Positions 1-12,085 of a stretch of 64,000 nt of DNA are shown here, one piece after another. Where the stretch lies: the NCBI GenBank assembly GCA_036383255.1, contig DASVOS010000009.1:148110-212109 (forward strand). The letters run 5' to 3'. Source of the stretch: Gammaproteobacteria bacterium (GTDB lineage Bacteria; Pseudomonadota; Gammaproteobacteria; Natronospirales; REEB76). The notes under the pieces are model-generated. The model ran no database searches. It saw only the letters and a list, made by a program, of their open reading frames with translations, and was not told where the DNA came from. The position numbers and the translations under genes are program-made. The stretch's first letter is position 1, and each line of letters opens with the position of its first letter.

Positions 1-2436
<2,436 letters not shown>

Positions 2437-2455
2437 ACAAGGCATGATGAAAACG

Positions 2456-2486
2456 AAAAGCCCCGCTCACGCGGGGCTTTTATTTT
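2456..2486. terminator. Bidirectional intrinsic terminator between convergent acnA and OMP gene
   Basis: Hairpin AAAAGCCCCGC-TCAC-GCGGGGCTTTT flanked by A-run on one side and T-run on the other. Confidence 0.75.
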
Positions 2487-2501
2487 GACCATGGGCGTCG
2501 C

Positions 2502-3116
2502 TCAGAATGAGTAGCGCAACCCTATACGAGTCTCTTCAGTGGTGAACTGGGAGCGCTCGTAGGTGACGTCCACGCTGAATCCGTAATCGAGTTTCTTCAT
2601 CACCCGCAGGCCGTAGAGGAAGACTTCACCCTGGTCCTCCTTGAGGAGCACCTTGCCCGGGTCGCCCGCTTTCCAGGCCATCTCTCCTGCCAGCACCGCG
2701 AGGTAGAGCTGCGGCGCCACTTCGTAGCGCGCCACCATCACCGCGGAATAGCCTTGGAGGCTCGGGCAGGAGAAGCGCGTGGCATTGTCCGGGCAGTAGT
2801 GGATGCCGCTGCAGGCGAAAGGCGGCTGCCCCGGCGCGCAGCTGCCGCTGGTGTTCTGGTAGAACGCGGTGGGTGCGCCGTAGTCGTGGTAAGCGCCCTC
2901 GATGCTGAAGATGTCGCTGAGGTCGTAGCCCAGGAACAGCGTCTTGGCCGTCTGGGTGCCGTCGATGCCGCCCTGCTGCCCGCCGGCAAGGGAGAGACTG
3001 CCGCGGTTGAGGGAGGCGTGGCCGATGCCGACACCGATGTAGGAGGGACCATCGGCATGGGCCGCATTCGCCGCTACGAGCAGCACGGCGGCCAGGAGCA
3101 CGTTTGCAAGTTTCAT
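2502..3116 (-). CDS. Outer-membrane beta-barrel protein (OmpA-like/porin-family fold)
   Basis: Start moved to MKLANVLLAAVLLVAANAAHA signal peptide; alternating beta-strand pattern; C-terminal GLRYSF aromatic terminus typical of OM barrels. Confidence 0.7.
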   Translation of the reverse strand: MKLANVLLAAVLLVAANAAHADGPSYIGVGIGHASLNRGSLSLAGGQQGGIDGTQTAKTLFLGYDLSDIFSIEGAYHDYGAPTAFYQNTSGSCAPGQPPFACSGIHYCPDNATRFSCPSLQGYSAVMVARYEVAPQLYLAVLAGEMAWKAGDPGKVLLKEDQGEVFLYGLRVMKKLDYGFSVDVTYERSQFTTEETRIGLRYSF

Positions 3117-3149
3117 CGGGGACCCCATTCGGCAGATGGACGCCATTCT

Positions 3150-3181
3150 ACAAAAAGAATACCCCGCAATGCGGGGTATTC
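3150..3181 (-). terminator. Intrinsic terminator after exported hypothetical gene
   Basis: Perfect 11-bp stem GAATACCCCGC-AAT-GCGGGGTATTC (3157-3181) followed on the minus strand by TTTTTG. Confidence 0.75.
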
Positions 3182-3204
3182 AATTAACGAGCAAACGAAG
3201 CAGC

Positions 3205-3642
3205 TTATTTGTCGTCTTCCGTCTTCCAGACCACTGGCGTCCACTTGCCCGAGGCCTCGAACTTGGCGCCCACGTAGTAGGCCTTGCCCTGCTCCACCGT
3301 AAGCTTGAGGTCGTGGGTCTCCTGGCCGTAGCTGGCATGGCGCTGCAGGCCGGGGATGTCCGCCAGGTTCACGCTGCGGGCGAGCTTGATGCCGAGGGTG
3401 TAGTCACCTGGCTTTACCCACAGTACACCCTGGTCGCTGCGGTTGGTGAGCTTGCCATCCACCGTCCAGACCTCCACCGGGTAGGTCTGCTTGGCGGTCT
3501 GGTCCACGTTGAGGTGCAATGTGCCGTGCGGCTCGCTCTTGGAGCCCAGGAACGGCGAGTCCGAAGCCGCCAGGCCCGCCACGCTCACCAGCGCGAACAG
3601 GGCGGCGGTCAACACCGCGAATCGAGTCTTGGAAAATTTCAT
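3205..3642 (-). CDS. Exported hypothetical protein
   Basis: ATG at 3640-3642 preceded by GGAGGA RBS; signal peptide MKFSKTRFAVLTAALFALVSVAGLAA; longer track ORF to 3747 lacks RBS. Confidence 0.5.
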   Translation of the reverse strand: MKFSKTRFAVLTAALFALVSVAGLAASDSPFLGSKSEPHGTLHLNVDQTAKQTYPVEVWTVDGKLTNRSDQGVLWVKPGDYTLGIKLARSVNLADIPGLQRHASYGQETHDLKLTVEQGKAYYVGAKFEASGKWTPVVWKTEDDK

Positions 3643-3795
3643 GGCGTCCTCCTGATGCTTGAATCTGGCCTTACATACGCATGACCGTCCCGCGCCCGCG
3701 GGAATTCCCTCTGCAGTTAACGTCCGGTCGGCGCCGCCGGATGACATGGCGGCCTGTCCACGCTACACCCGGCCGACGGACCCGTCTCGCCGGAT

Positions 3796-4653
3796 TCAGA
3801 CGCCGTCGGCCTCCCGCGCCACCGGCCGGCCGGCGTCACGGATCCATTCGCTCCAGGAACCGGCATAGAGCCGCCCTCCCTTGAGTCCCGCCACCTCCAT
3901 GGCCAGCAGCCCCTGGCAGGCGGTGACACCGGAGCCGCACATGCACACCACCTGCTCGGGCTTGGTGCCGGCCAGCACGGTCTCGAAACGCTGGCGCAGC
4001 ACTGCAGGACAGTGGAAGCGCCCGTCCTCCGCCACGTTACCGGCGAACGCCAGGTTCGCCGCCCCCGGCACGTGCCCCGCCACCGGGTCGATGGGTTCCT
4101 CCTCGCCGCGGAAACGCTTGGGTCCGCGCACGTCCAGCAGGCCGCGCTTGCGGTCGCGTACCATCTCCAGCACCTCGTCGGTACTCAGCCACATGTCGCG
4201 GCGCGGCTCGTGCAGGTCGAAGCGGCGCGCTTCGACGCGGGGCGGTTCGGTACTCACCGGCCGTTCCTCCTTGAGCCATTGCTGCCAGCCGCCGTTAAGC
4301 ACGGCCGCTTCGGTATGCCCGAGCCAGCGTAGCAACCACCACAGGCGCGCCGCATAGGCGCCGCCCGCATCGTCGTAAGCCACCACCTGGGTGCCAGCAC
4401 CGATGCCGGCGCGTCCGAACACCTCGGCGAGCTGGGCCGGGTCCGGCAGGGGATGGCGTCCCGTCTCTGGCGTCAGCGGACCCGAGAGATCGCGTTCCAG
4501 GTGCAGATGGCGCGCGCCGGGGATGTGGCCGGCGGCATAGCGGCGCGGCCCCTCCTCCGGGTCGGTGATGGACGAGCGGCAGTCCGCCACCACCCAGGCC
4601 GGATCAGCCAGGTGCGCGGCCAGGACCTCGGTCTCCACCAGCGCGTCGAACAT
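3796..4653 (-). CDS. sseA: 3-mercaptopyruvate/thiosulfate sulfurtransferase (tandem rhodanese)
   Basis: Start at MFDALVETEVL (4651-4653); two rhodanese domains; active-site loop CGSGVTAC; the 463-aa track ORF is an upstream extension overlapping the next gene. Confidence 0.85.
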   Translation of the reverse strand: MFDALVETEVLAAHLADPAWVVADCRSSITDPEEGPRRYAAGHIPGARHLHLERDLSGPLTPETGRHPLPDPAQLAEVFGRAGIGAGTQVVAYDDAGGAYAARLWWLLRWLGHTEAAVLNGGWQQWLKEERPVSTEPPRVEARRFDLHEPRRDMWLSTDEVLEMVRDRKRGLLDVRGPKRFRGEEEPIDPVAGHVPGAANLAFAGNVAEDGRFHCPAVLRQRFETVLAGTKPEQVVCMCGSGVTACQGLLAMEVAGLKGGRLYAGSWSEWIRDAGRPVAREADGV

Positions 4654-4720
4654 GCGGATGATTATACGTGCGGACCGCGGGACCGCCGATTGGACCGGAC
4701 GGTGCGTTATGACAGGCGTG

Positions 4721-5428
4721 TCAGGCGATCTCGACCCAGGCGGGTACGTCGCGCCAGGACTCGCCCAGCTCCTGGTCGAGCTCGCGACACCTGGGCTCGA
4801 ACTCCTCCACCAGCTTCCAGAAGCGGGGCGAGTGATCGAGGTGCTTGGTATGCGCGAGTTCGTGGATGACGAGGTAGCGCACCAACTCAGGCTCCAGGAA
4901 CAGGAGCTTGTAGTTGAGGCTGAGGGTGCCGCTGGAGGAGCAGCTGCCCCAGCGGCTGGTTTGGCCGCGGATCTGCAGCTTCTTGAAGCTGAAGCCGGTG
5001 CTGTGGCAGAGCCGCGGCAGATAACTGCCGAAATGCCCGCGGGCGCGCTCCATGAGCCAGCGGCGCAGCGCCTGGCGCGCGGCGCGCTCGTCATGCCCGT
5101 CGTAGTGCACGGTGAGCACGCCGCCGCGGGCGGTGACGCGGGCGCGGTTGCCGCCGCGGCTGCGGTAACGCACCTCCCAGTGCTCATCGATGCCGCGCAA
5201 CTCCAGGACCGTGGGCAGCGTGAGGTCCGCGTCCACGATCTGCTCGCGCATGCGCTGCCATGTGTCGCGGATCCACTGCCGGTGCCGCAGCACGAAGGCG
5301 CGGGCGCGCTCGCGACTCACATGCCGGGGGATCACCACTTCGATCCCGTTCCAGGGCGTGATGTGCACCTGCAGCGACTTGGCCCGCGGGCTGCGCCGCC
5401 AATGGTAGGCGAGATGGCTCTGCATCAT
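4721..5428 (-). CDS. YgjP-like (DUF45, M48-related) zinc metallohydrolase
   Basis: HELAHTKHLDHS HExxH motif near C-terminus; overall YgjP-family layout. Confidence 0.8.
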   Translation of the reverse strand: MMQSHLAYHWRRSPRAKSLQVHITPWNGIEVVIPRHVSRERARAFVLRHRQWIRDTWQRMREQIVDADLTLPTVLELRGIDEHWEVRYRSRGGNRARVTARGGVLTVHYDGHDERAARQALRRWLMERARGHFGSYLPRLCHSTGFSFKKLQIRGQTSRWGSCSSSGTLSLNYKLLFLEPELVRYLVIHELAHTKHLDHSPRFWKLVEEFEPRCRELDQELGESWRDVPAWVEIA

Positions 5429-5452
5429 GGAAGCGACTCCACGCGGAGAGGT

Positions 5453-6769
5453 CTAGGCTTGCCGCTTCTCCGCGTAACCGTATTCTTCGCGCGCCGCCAG
5501 CACCGTGGACTCTGACTCGAACAGTTCCGGCAGCACGAACTCGAACTCATGGCGGTGCACTGCGACGATGTCGCCGTGCTTGAGGGCATGGTCACCGGCC
5601 ACCCGCTCGCCGTTGACGAAGGTGCCGTTGATGCTGCCCTGGTCGGTGATCCAGAAGGAATGACCGCGCCGTTCGATGAGCGCGTGGCAGCGGCCCACGG
5701 TGGGCTCGGCCGCCAGCACGTACTGCACCTCCGGGTCATAGCCGGCCACGCGGCCGATGACGGTGGCCTTCTCGCCAAGCTCGTAGCGCTTGATGTCGTT
5801 GGGGTTGCTGATGTCGTACAGCACCGCCTGCAGGCCGTCGGGCTGCCCCGCCGGCGCCTGCGGCTTGGGCAGCACGTTCTTAAGCCCGCCCTTCTTCCAG
5901 ACGTAGAACCCGCCGCCGCCGAACACCGCCAGCAACACCAGTGCCACCACCACCGTGAGCAGAAGCCGGCGCGAATCGTCCTCCTCCTGCTGCATGTGGG
6001 TGAGAGGCGTGTTGAAGCTGAACCCCCCGGATCCTGCCGCGGGCTGCTGCTGCGGGGCGGCAGGTGCCATCCCGGCGTCGGCCGGCTGCGGCACCGGCTT
6101 GCCGGAGAGCAGCGTGTCGCTGATCTGGCGGTAGATGCCGGCTAGGTCGCCCGCCTGGTAAGCGCGGTAGTAGCCTGCGCCGGTCTTCTGCGCCAGCTGC
6201 TGCAGGAGCTCGTAGTCGGCCTGGTCGGTGAAGGCCACGCCGAAGATGCGCACCCGCCTGGATACGGCCTCCGGGATCAGCGACTGCACGATCCAGTGGA
6301 TCTTGTCGCTGTCGCGGGAAGCGTTGCCCACGTCCACGTAGCCGTCGGTCATGAGCACGATGCAGCGCAGCGAGTCGGCACGGCCGTGGCTGTCCAGCTC
6401 GTAGAGCGCGCGCTCCAGGGCGGCGCCGGTGTCGGTCCATTGGCCCCGGTAGTCGAGCTGCTGCACCGCGGCCTGCGCCTGGATGCGGGTACCCTCGTCC
6501 AGCGGCGTGAGCGGCATCAGGACCTTGGGGCTGTTGGCGAACTGGATGATGGAGAGGCGGACGTCGCCCTTGAGGCCGTCCACGAAGCTGGTGACCGCCT
6601 GGCCGGCGAGCCGGTTGGGGTCATTCGCGCGCATGCTGCCGGAGTTGTCCAGCACCAGCACCACGTCCTGGGCTGCGGACGCGGGCAGGACCAGCGCCAG
6701 CCACAGGCCCAATACCCCCATGAGACGTGCTGCAGACTTCACGCAAACCCCCTGCTTGTCTTTCTTCAT
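5453..6769 (-). CDS. Membrane protein with periplasmic vWA domain and cytoplasmic FHA domain
   Basis: Signal peptide; MIDAS motif DNSGSM; Pro/Gln-rich linker; one TM (LLLTVVVALVLLAVFGGGGFYVW); C-terminal FHA (ATVIGR...GRCHALIERRGHSFWITDQGSINGTFVNGERV). Confidence 0.8.
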   Translation of the reverse strand: MKKDKQGVCVKSAARLMGVLGLWLALVLPASAAQDVVLVLDNSGSMRANDPNRLAGQAVTSFVDGLKGDVRLSIIQFANSPKVLMPLTPLDEGTRIQAQAAVQQLDYRGQWTDTGAALERALYELDSHGRADSLRCIVLMTDGYVDVGNASRDSDKIHWIVQSLIPEAVSRRVRIFGVAFTDQADYELLQQLAQKTGAGYYRAYQAGDLAGIYRQISDTLLSGKPVPQPADAGMAPAAPQQQPAAGSGGFSFNTPLTHMQQEEDDSRRLLLTVVVALVLLAVFGGGGFYVWKKGGLKNVLPKPQAPAGQPDGLQAVLYDISNPNDIKRYELGEKATVIGRVAGYDPEVQYVLAAEPTVGRCHALIERRGHSFWITDQGSINGTFVNGERVAGDHALKHGDIVAVHRHEFEFVLPELFESESTVLAAREEYGYAEKRQA

Positions 6770-6977
6770 TGTAGCGGGCGCCGGCCTGAACCGGCAGCCA
6801 AAATTCCATTTAACGCAAACGGTTATGAGCGGTTCTTAAAGGGGATTTTCCAAGCCCCTTCAATGAGATACCCCTGGAACGTCTAAAAATGCACCAATCC
6901 CCTGCCGTCTGCAAGGAGGACATCCATGCCCCCTCCCAGGACCTGCGGCAGCATACCCGTGAGGCCGGCTCGAGGGT

Positions 6978-6999
6978 GTGACGCCTGTCACTCGACAGG
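6978..6999. promoter_or_regulatory. Two overlapping palindromes upstream of ABC-2 operon
   Basis: GTGAC-GCCT-GTCAC (6978-6991) and CCTGTC-ACTC-GACAGG (6984-6999), 52-73 nt upstream of the ATG at 7051. Confidence 0.2.
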
Positions 7000-7050
7000 C
7001 TCCGGCGGGCCTGCGGATAATGCCGGCCCTGTCCTTCCCCACGGCCCGCC

Positions 7051-7935
7051 ATGCCCGCCATCCTCGAAGTCCGTGATCTCGTGAAGCGCTACCCCGGCGT
7101 GACCGCCGTGGACGGCATCCGCTTCGCGGTGGAGGGGGGCGAGTGCTTCGGCCTGCTGGGGCCCAACGGCGCCGGCAAGACCACCACCGTGGAGATGATG
7201 GAGGGCATCATCTCTCCCAGCGCCGGTGAGGTGCTGTACCGGGGCATGCCAGTCGACGCGCACTTCCGCCAGGAGGTGGGCATCCAGTTCCAGTCCACCG
7301 CGCTGCAGGACTTCCTCACGGTGCGCGAGACGCTGCAGATGTTCCGCAGCCTCTACAACCGCGGCCTGGACGTGGACGAACTGGTGCGCATGTGCACCCT
7401 GCAGGAATACGTGGACCGGGACGCGCGCAAGCTCTCCGGCGGGCAGCGCCAGCGCCTGCTGCTGGCCCTCGCCCTGGTCAATGACCCCGAAGTGCTGTTC
7501 CTGGACGAGCCCACCACCGGCCTCGACCCCCAGGCGCGCCGCAACTTCTGGGACCTGATCCGCGCCATCAAGTCCCGCAACAAGACCGTGATCCTCACCA
7601 CCCACTACATGGAAGAGGCGTTCCTGCTCTGCGACCGCATCGCGATCATGGACCATGGCCACATCATCGCCGAGGGCCCGCCCGCCACGCTCTTGGCCAA
7701 GCACTTCCACGACGTCATCCTGCAGCTGCCTAAGCAGGACTTCCCCGCTGCCGCGGCCCAGCTGGGACTGGACGTGCATGACGCCGGCGAGAGCGTGGAG
7801 ATACAGACCGCCGACGTGGACGCCACCCTGCAGAAGCTGATGGAAGGCAAGGTGCCGCTGGCGCGCCTACGCATCCGCGAACGCACCCTCGAGGACCTGT
7901 TCCTCGAGCTCACCGGAAAGGAACTGCGGGCATGA
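7051..7935 (+). CDS. ABC transporter ATP-binding protein (ABC-2 exporter type)
   Basis: Walker A GPNGAGKTT, signature LSGGQRQRL, Walker B LFLDEPTTGLD. Confidence 0.9.
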   Translation: MPAILEVRDLVKRYPGVTAVDGIRFAVEGGECFGLLGPNGAGKTTTVEMMEGIISPSAGEVLYRGMPVDAHFRQEVGIQFQSTALQDFLTVRETLQMFRSLYNRGLDVDELVRMCTLQEYVDRDARKLSGGQRQRLLLALALVNDPEVLFLDEPTTGLDPQARRNFWDLIRAIKSRNKTVILTTHYMEEAFLLCDRIAIMDHGHIIAEGPPATLLAKHFHDVILQLPKQDFPAAAAQLGLDVHDAGESVEIQTADVDATLQKLMEGKVPLARLRIRERTLEDLFLELTGKELRA

Positions 7936-8954
7936 CGCACCGCTTCCTCGCGATCCTGAAGGCCCGCAACCTCGAGTTCCTGCGCGACCGTGCCGCGCTC
8001 GGCTGGAACATCGTGCTGCCGGTGCTGATCGTGATCGGCATGTGGTTCATCTTCTCGGGCGGCCAGAAGCCGCTGTTCAAGGTGGCAGTGCTGAACGGCG
8101 GCGTGCCCATCGAGCAGATCGACGAAGCCTTCCTCAAGACCCGCTACGTGGATTTCTACCCGGTCGCCGACGAGCGGCAGGCCGAGTCCAAGGTCGCCCA
8201 CAACCAGATCGACATGCTGCTGGATCCGCGGGACCCCAAGGCGCCGCGCTACTGGGTGAACGAGACCTCGCCCAAGGGCTACGTGCTGGAGAAGATCCTG
8301 GCGGGCGAGACGGACGTGCGCTACACCCGCGCCACCGTGACCGGCAGGGCCATCAACTACGTGGACTGGCTCATCCCCGGCGTGCTGGGCATGAACATGA
8401 TGTTCTCCTGCCTGTTCGGCGTGGGCTACGTGATCGTGCGCTACCGCAAGAACGGCTTCCTGAAGCGCCTCAACGCCACGCCGCTCATGGCCTTCGAGTT
8501 CATCGCCGCCCAGGTCTCGTCGCGGCTGCTGCTCATCATGAGCATCACCCTGGCGGTGTTCATCGGCACGCACCTCCTGATCGACTTCTACATGGCCGGC
8601 AGCTACTGGCTGCTGCTCCTGGACGCGGTGCTGGGGGCGGCGTGCATGATCTCCCTCGGCCTGCTGGTGGCGGCACGGGTAGCGAGCGAGGAGTTCGCCG
8701 GCGGCCTGCTCAACCTCGCCTCCTGGCCCATGATGTTCCTCTCGGGCGTATGGTTCTCCCTGGAAGGCGCGCCCTGGTGGATACAGGACTTCTCCAGCAT
8801 CTTCCCCCTCACGCAGATGCTGATCGGCGCCCGCAAGATCATGCTGGACGGCGCCGGCGTCGCCGAGATCTGGCCGCAGCTCGTCTCCATGGGCGCCATG
8901 ACCGCCCTGTTCCTGGGCCTGGGTTCCTTCGGCTTCAAGTGGAAGAATGAGTGA
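7932..8954 (+). CDS. ABC-2 family transporter permease
   Basis: 4-nt overlap with ATPase gene; N-terminal TM, extracytoplasmic loop, then five C-terminal TM helices. Confidence 0.85.
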   Translation: MTHRFLAILKARNLEFLRDRAALGWNIVLPVLIVIGMWFIFSGGQKPLFKVAVLNGGVPIEQIDEAFLKTRYVDFYPVADERQAESKVAHNQIDMLLDPRDPKAPRYWVNETSPKGYVLEKILAGETDVRYTRATVTGRAINYVDWLIPGVLGMNMMFSCLFGVGYVIVRYRKNGFLKRLNATPLMAFEFIAAQVSSRLLLIMSITLAVFIGTHLLIDFYMAGSYWLLLLDAVLGAACMISLGLLVAARVASEEFAGGLLNLASWPMMFLSGVWFSLEGAPWWIQDFSSIFPLTQMLIGARKIMLDGAGVAEIWPQLVSMGAMTALFLGLGSFGFKWKNE

Positions 8955-8996
8955 CCCCCGGCTTGGCCTGAGACTATCCGGCCCCATCTCTCAGTG

Positions 8997-9758
8997 ATGC
9001 TGTCCTTCTTCGACCGCTGGCGTGAACGGCGCATCCTGAAGCGCCACCCCATAGCCGAAGCGGACTGGCGCACGGCTCTCAAGCGATCCGCGCCTCTGGC
9101 GCGCCTCGATGCTTCCGATCAGGCCCGCCTGCGGGTGATGGCGACCCTGCTCCTGCACGACAAGAGCATCGAGCCGGTGCGGGGCTTGGAACTGGCCTCC
9201 GCCGATCGCGCCTGGCTCGCCGCCCTCGCCTGCCTGCCTGTGCTCAAGCTCGGGTTGCGCTGGTACCGGGAATGGCATTCCATCGTGGTCTACCCCGATG
9301 CCTTCGTGCCGGAGCGCGAGCACGTGGATGAGGCCGGCGTGGTGCACCGGCACCGCACGCCCCTGTCGGGAGAAGCCTGGGAACAGGGTCCGGTGATCCT
9401 GGCCTGGGAAGAAGTGGCGGGGGCCGGCGCGACGCCGGGCCACAACGTCGTGATCCACGAGATGGCCCACAAGCTGGACATGCTGAACGGCGACGCCAAC
9501 GGCTTCCCGCCGCTGCATGCGCGCATGAGCCGGCGCATCTGGGTACAGGTCCTGGGCGGCGCCTTCCGCCAACTCGAGCAGCGCGTGGATGCGGGATACC
9601 CGCCGCCGTTGGACCCCTACGGCCTCGAGAGTCCCGGCGAGTTCTTCGCCGTGGCGAGCGAAGCCTTCTTCGAGACACCGCGCAGGCTCAGGAACTTCTC
9701 ACCCGAGCTCTACCAGCAGCTCGCCCTCTTCTACCGGCAGCGTCCGCTGCCGGAATGA
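8997..9758 (+). CDS. mtfA: MtfA-like (M90) zinc-dependent peptidase
   Basis: HEMAHKLD zinc motif; IVVYPDAF and FFAVASEAFFE family motifs; ATG at 8997 (GTG at 8994 is the alternative). Confidence 0.8.
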   Translation: MLSFFDRWRERRILKRHPIAEADWRTALKRSAPLARLDASDQARLRVMATLLLHDKSIEPVRGLELASADRAWLAALACLPVLKLGLRWYREWHSIVVYPDAFVPEREHVDEAGVVHRHRTPLSGEAWEQGPVILAWEEVAGAGATPGHNVVIHEMAHKLDMLNGDANGFPPLHARMSRRIWVQVLGGAFRQLEQRVDAGYPPPLDPYGLESPGEFFAVASEAFFETPRRLRNFSPELYQQLALFYRQRPLPE

Positions 9759-9759
9759 C

Positions 9760-10941
9760 TCAAAGCTGACGAAGGCTCGTAGCTATAGGCATCCTGACGG
9801 CACGTGCAGCCGGCAAGAGCCCACCCAGCAGACCCATGAGCAGTGCATAGACCGCACCTTCCATCAGCAGGCCCGGCGTGACCCGGAACGAGAACGCGAG
9901 CTGCGCGAAGTTGGAACCCATGGTGCTGGTCTCGATGCCGTTGAAGAGGAAATAGGCCAGCACGCCGCCCACCACGCCGCCGGCGAGGCCCAGCAGCATG
10001 CCCTCCACCAGCACCGACAGCAGCACTGGCGAGCGGCCGAACCCGAGGGCCCGCAGCGTCGCTATCTCGGCGGCACGGCTCGACACCGAGTTGTACATGG
10101 TGTTCACCGCGCCGAACACCGCCCCGATGCCCATCAGGAACGCGATGAAGGCGCCGATGCCGGTGATGAACGCGTTCATGTTCTTGGACTGCTCCGCGTA
10201 GAAATCCGTCTCCCGGTCCACGCTCACGTTGAGCTGGGGATTGGTGGTGAGGTAGTCCTTGAACTGCTGGAAGTCGCCGGGCGAGGCCAGCTTCACGTAC
10301 ACCGACTCCATGGAGCTGCCGCGGTTGTAGGCCGCCTGCATCACCGTGAGGTCGCCCCACACCTCCGAGGAGTACACGCCGCCGTCGTCGAAGAAGCCTA
10401 CGATGTGCCACGTGTAGGGTCCGGACTGGATCACGCCGCCCAGGCTCAGGCCCTTGTACTCGTGCGACGCGTGCAGGCCCACGATGACCTCGTTGAGGCC
10501 CGGCTGGAAGCTGCGGCCGGCGGTGAGGCGCACCTTGTCGTGCACCTGGAATGCCGTGCCGCTGACCCCGCGGAACGGCACGTTCGCGTCGAGGCCGGTG
10601 TCCGTCTTCTGCAGGCTGAGCTGCACCAGGAGTTCCTCCGAGGCCAGGGGACCCGCCTCGCCGCTGCGGATGCCGGGCGCGCCGGCCACCACCTTGGCAT
10701 CCTTGTCGCCTAACACGCTGTTGATCTCGGCGCCTGCGCCGCCACGCAGCACCACCGCCACGTCCGGCGAGCCGGAACCGCGCAGCGTGGCATTGAACCC
10801 GTCCCGGATGGCGAACACTGCGACGAACACCATGATGACGCCCGTGAAGCCGATCACCGCCACCAGGGAGGAATCCAGGCGCGCCTTGAGGTTGCCGAGG
10901 TTGAGCACGCAGACGGTGTAGAGCTGATGCAGCCAGCGCAT
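9760..10941 (-). CDS. ABC transporter permease, FtsX/MacB-like
   Basis: N-terminal TM, large periplasmic domain, C-terminal FtsX domain with EIATLRALGF motif. Confidence 0.85.
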   Translation of the reverse strand: MRWLHQLYTVCVLNLGNLKARLDSSLVAVIGFTGVIMVFVAVFAIRDGFNATLRGSGSPDVAVVLRGGAGAEINSVLGDKDAKVVAGAPGIRSGEAGPLASEELLVQLSLQKTDTGLDANVPFRGVSGTAFQVHDKVRLTAGRSFQPGLNEVIVGLHASHEYKGLSLGGVIQSGPYTWHIVGFFDDGGVYSSEVWGDLTVMQAAYNRGSSMESVYVKLASPGDFQQFKDYLTTNPQLNVSVDRETDFYAEQSKNMNAFITGIGAFIAFLMGIGAVFGAVNTMYNSVSSRAAEIATLRALGFGRSPVLLSVLVEGMLLGLAGGVVGGVLAYFLFNGIETSTMGSNFAQLAFSFRVTPGLLMEGAVYALLMGLLGGLLPAARAVRMPIATSLRQL

Positions 10942-10942
10942 G

Positions 10943-12085
10943 TCAGGCCCTCCTCAGGGCGGTGGCCACCTGCAGGCGCATGGCCTGCACCGCGGGCAGC
11001 AGGCCCGCCAGCAGGCCGAGCAGCAGCATCAGCAGGATGCCGAGCGCGATGCCGGCGGGCGGCGTGTGGAAGTTCTGCAGGAACGGCAGCTTGGAGCCGA
11101 TACCGCTGGCGAAGCCGGAACCCAGGAACAGGCCGAGCGCGCCGCCCAGCACCGTCACCAGCAGCGACTCGCCCAGCACCATCAGGCCCACGCCGCGGCG
11201 GCTGAAGCCCAGGGCTTTCAGCACCGCGAGCTCGCTCACCCGCTCGCGGATGGACTGGGCCATGGTGTTGGCGGTGACCAGCAGCATGCTGAACAGCACC
11301 GCGCTCACGATGCCGGTGACGATCTTGCCGATGTTGCCCAGCATGGCGGCGAAGCTCTGCAGGAAGGCCTTCTCGGTCTGGGTCTTGCTCTCGGCGGCGG
11401 AGTTCGCGAACAGCTGGTCCACGTCCCGGGCGATGGCGCCGGAGCGCGCGGGGTCCGCCACCTTGAGCACGAACATGTTGGCCTGGTTGTTGCGGAACGC
11501 GCGGGCCTCATCCAGGTACTTGTAATGCATCAGCAGGAGGTCTTCCTGGCCGCCGCTGTAGACGCCGTCCACGGTCACGTCCCACGTGCTCTTGCCGTCC
11601 TTGTCGCGCCAGATGTTGGAACGCAGCGGGAAATGGTCGCCGGCCTTCCAGCCGTAGCGCTTGGCGAGGATCTGGCCCACGATCACGCCCGTGCGGTCCG
11701 CGAGCCAGGCCTGGGCCTGGCCCGGCGGAAGCTGCATGTCCGAATGCACCTCCAGAAAGCTCGGCGCGTCCACCGCGAAGCCGGTGATGGGCTGGCGCGG
11801 GTCCTGGTAGTAGGCGCCGACCCAGTCCTGCAGCGTCACCGCCGCCACACCCGGCACCTTGGCGATGCGGTCGACGTAGTTCACGGGCATGGAGTTGATG
11901 AGGCCGGTCTTGTTCATGACCATGAGGCGGTCGGCGCCGGCCAGCTCCACGCCGCCGGTGAAAGCCTGGTCCACGGCGCCCAGCACCGCGAACAGCATGA
12001 AGGCGATGAACACCGACAGCAGCGTGAACACCGTGCGCACCTTGCGCCGCATCAGGTTCGCCCAGATGAGAGGAAGGTATTTCAC
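10943..12085 (-). CDS. ABC transporter permease, FtsX/MacB-like (second copy)
   Basis: Same architecture as neighbour; ELAVLKALGF motif. Confidence 0.85.
   Translation of the reverse strand: MKYLPLIWANLMRRKVRTVFTLLSVFIAFMLFAVLGAVDQAFTGGVELAGADRLMVMNKTGLINSMPVNYVDRIAKVPGVAAVTLQDWVGAYYQDPRQPITGFAVDAPSFLEVHSDMQLPPGQAQAWLADRTGVIVGQILAKRYGWKAGDHFPLRSNIWRDKDGKSTWDVTVDGVYSGGQEDLLLMHYKYLDEARAFRNNQANMFVLKVADPARSGAIARDVDQLFANSAAESKTQTEKAFLQSFAAMLGNIGKIVTGIVSAVLFSMLLVTANTMAQSIRERVSELAVLKALGFSRRGVGLMVLGESLLVTVLGGALGLFLGSGFASGIGSKLPFLQNFHTPPAGIALGILLMLLLGLLAGLLPAVQAMRLQVATALRRA

Noticed and set aside
4654-5187. N-terminal 178-aa extension of the rhodanese ORF (track ORF 3796-5187)
   Set aside because: The extension is low-complexity (Ala/Ser/Pro/Arg) and overlaps the YgjP-like gene on the same strand. 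Homology begins at MFDALVE (4653).
7605-8987. 460-aa ORF antisense to the ABC-2 ATPase and permease genes
   Set aside because: Same GC-rich antisense artefact. The opposite strand carries unambiguous Walker and signature motifs and TM helices.
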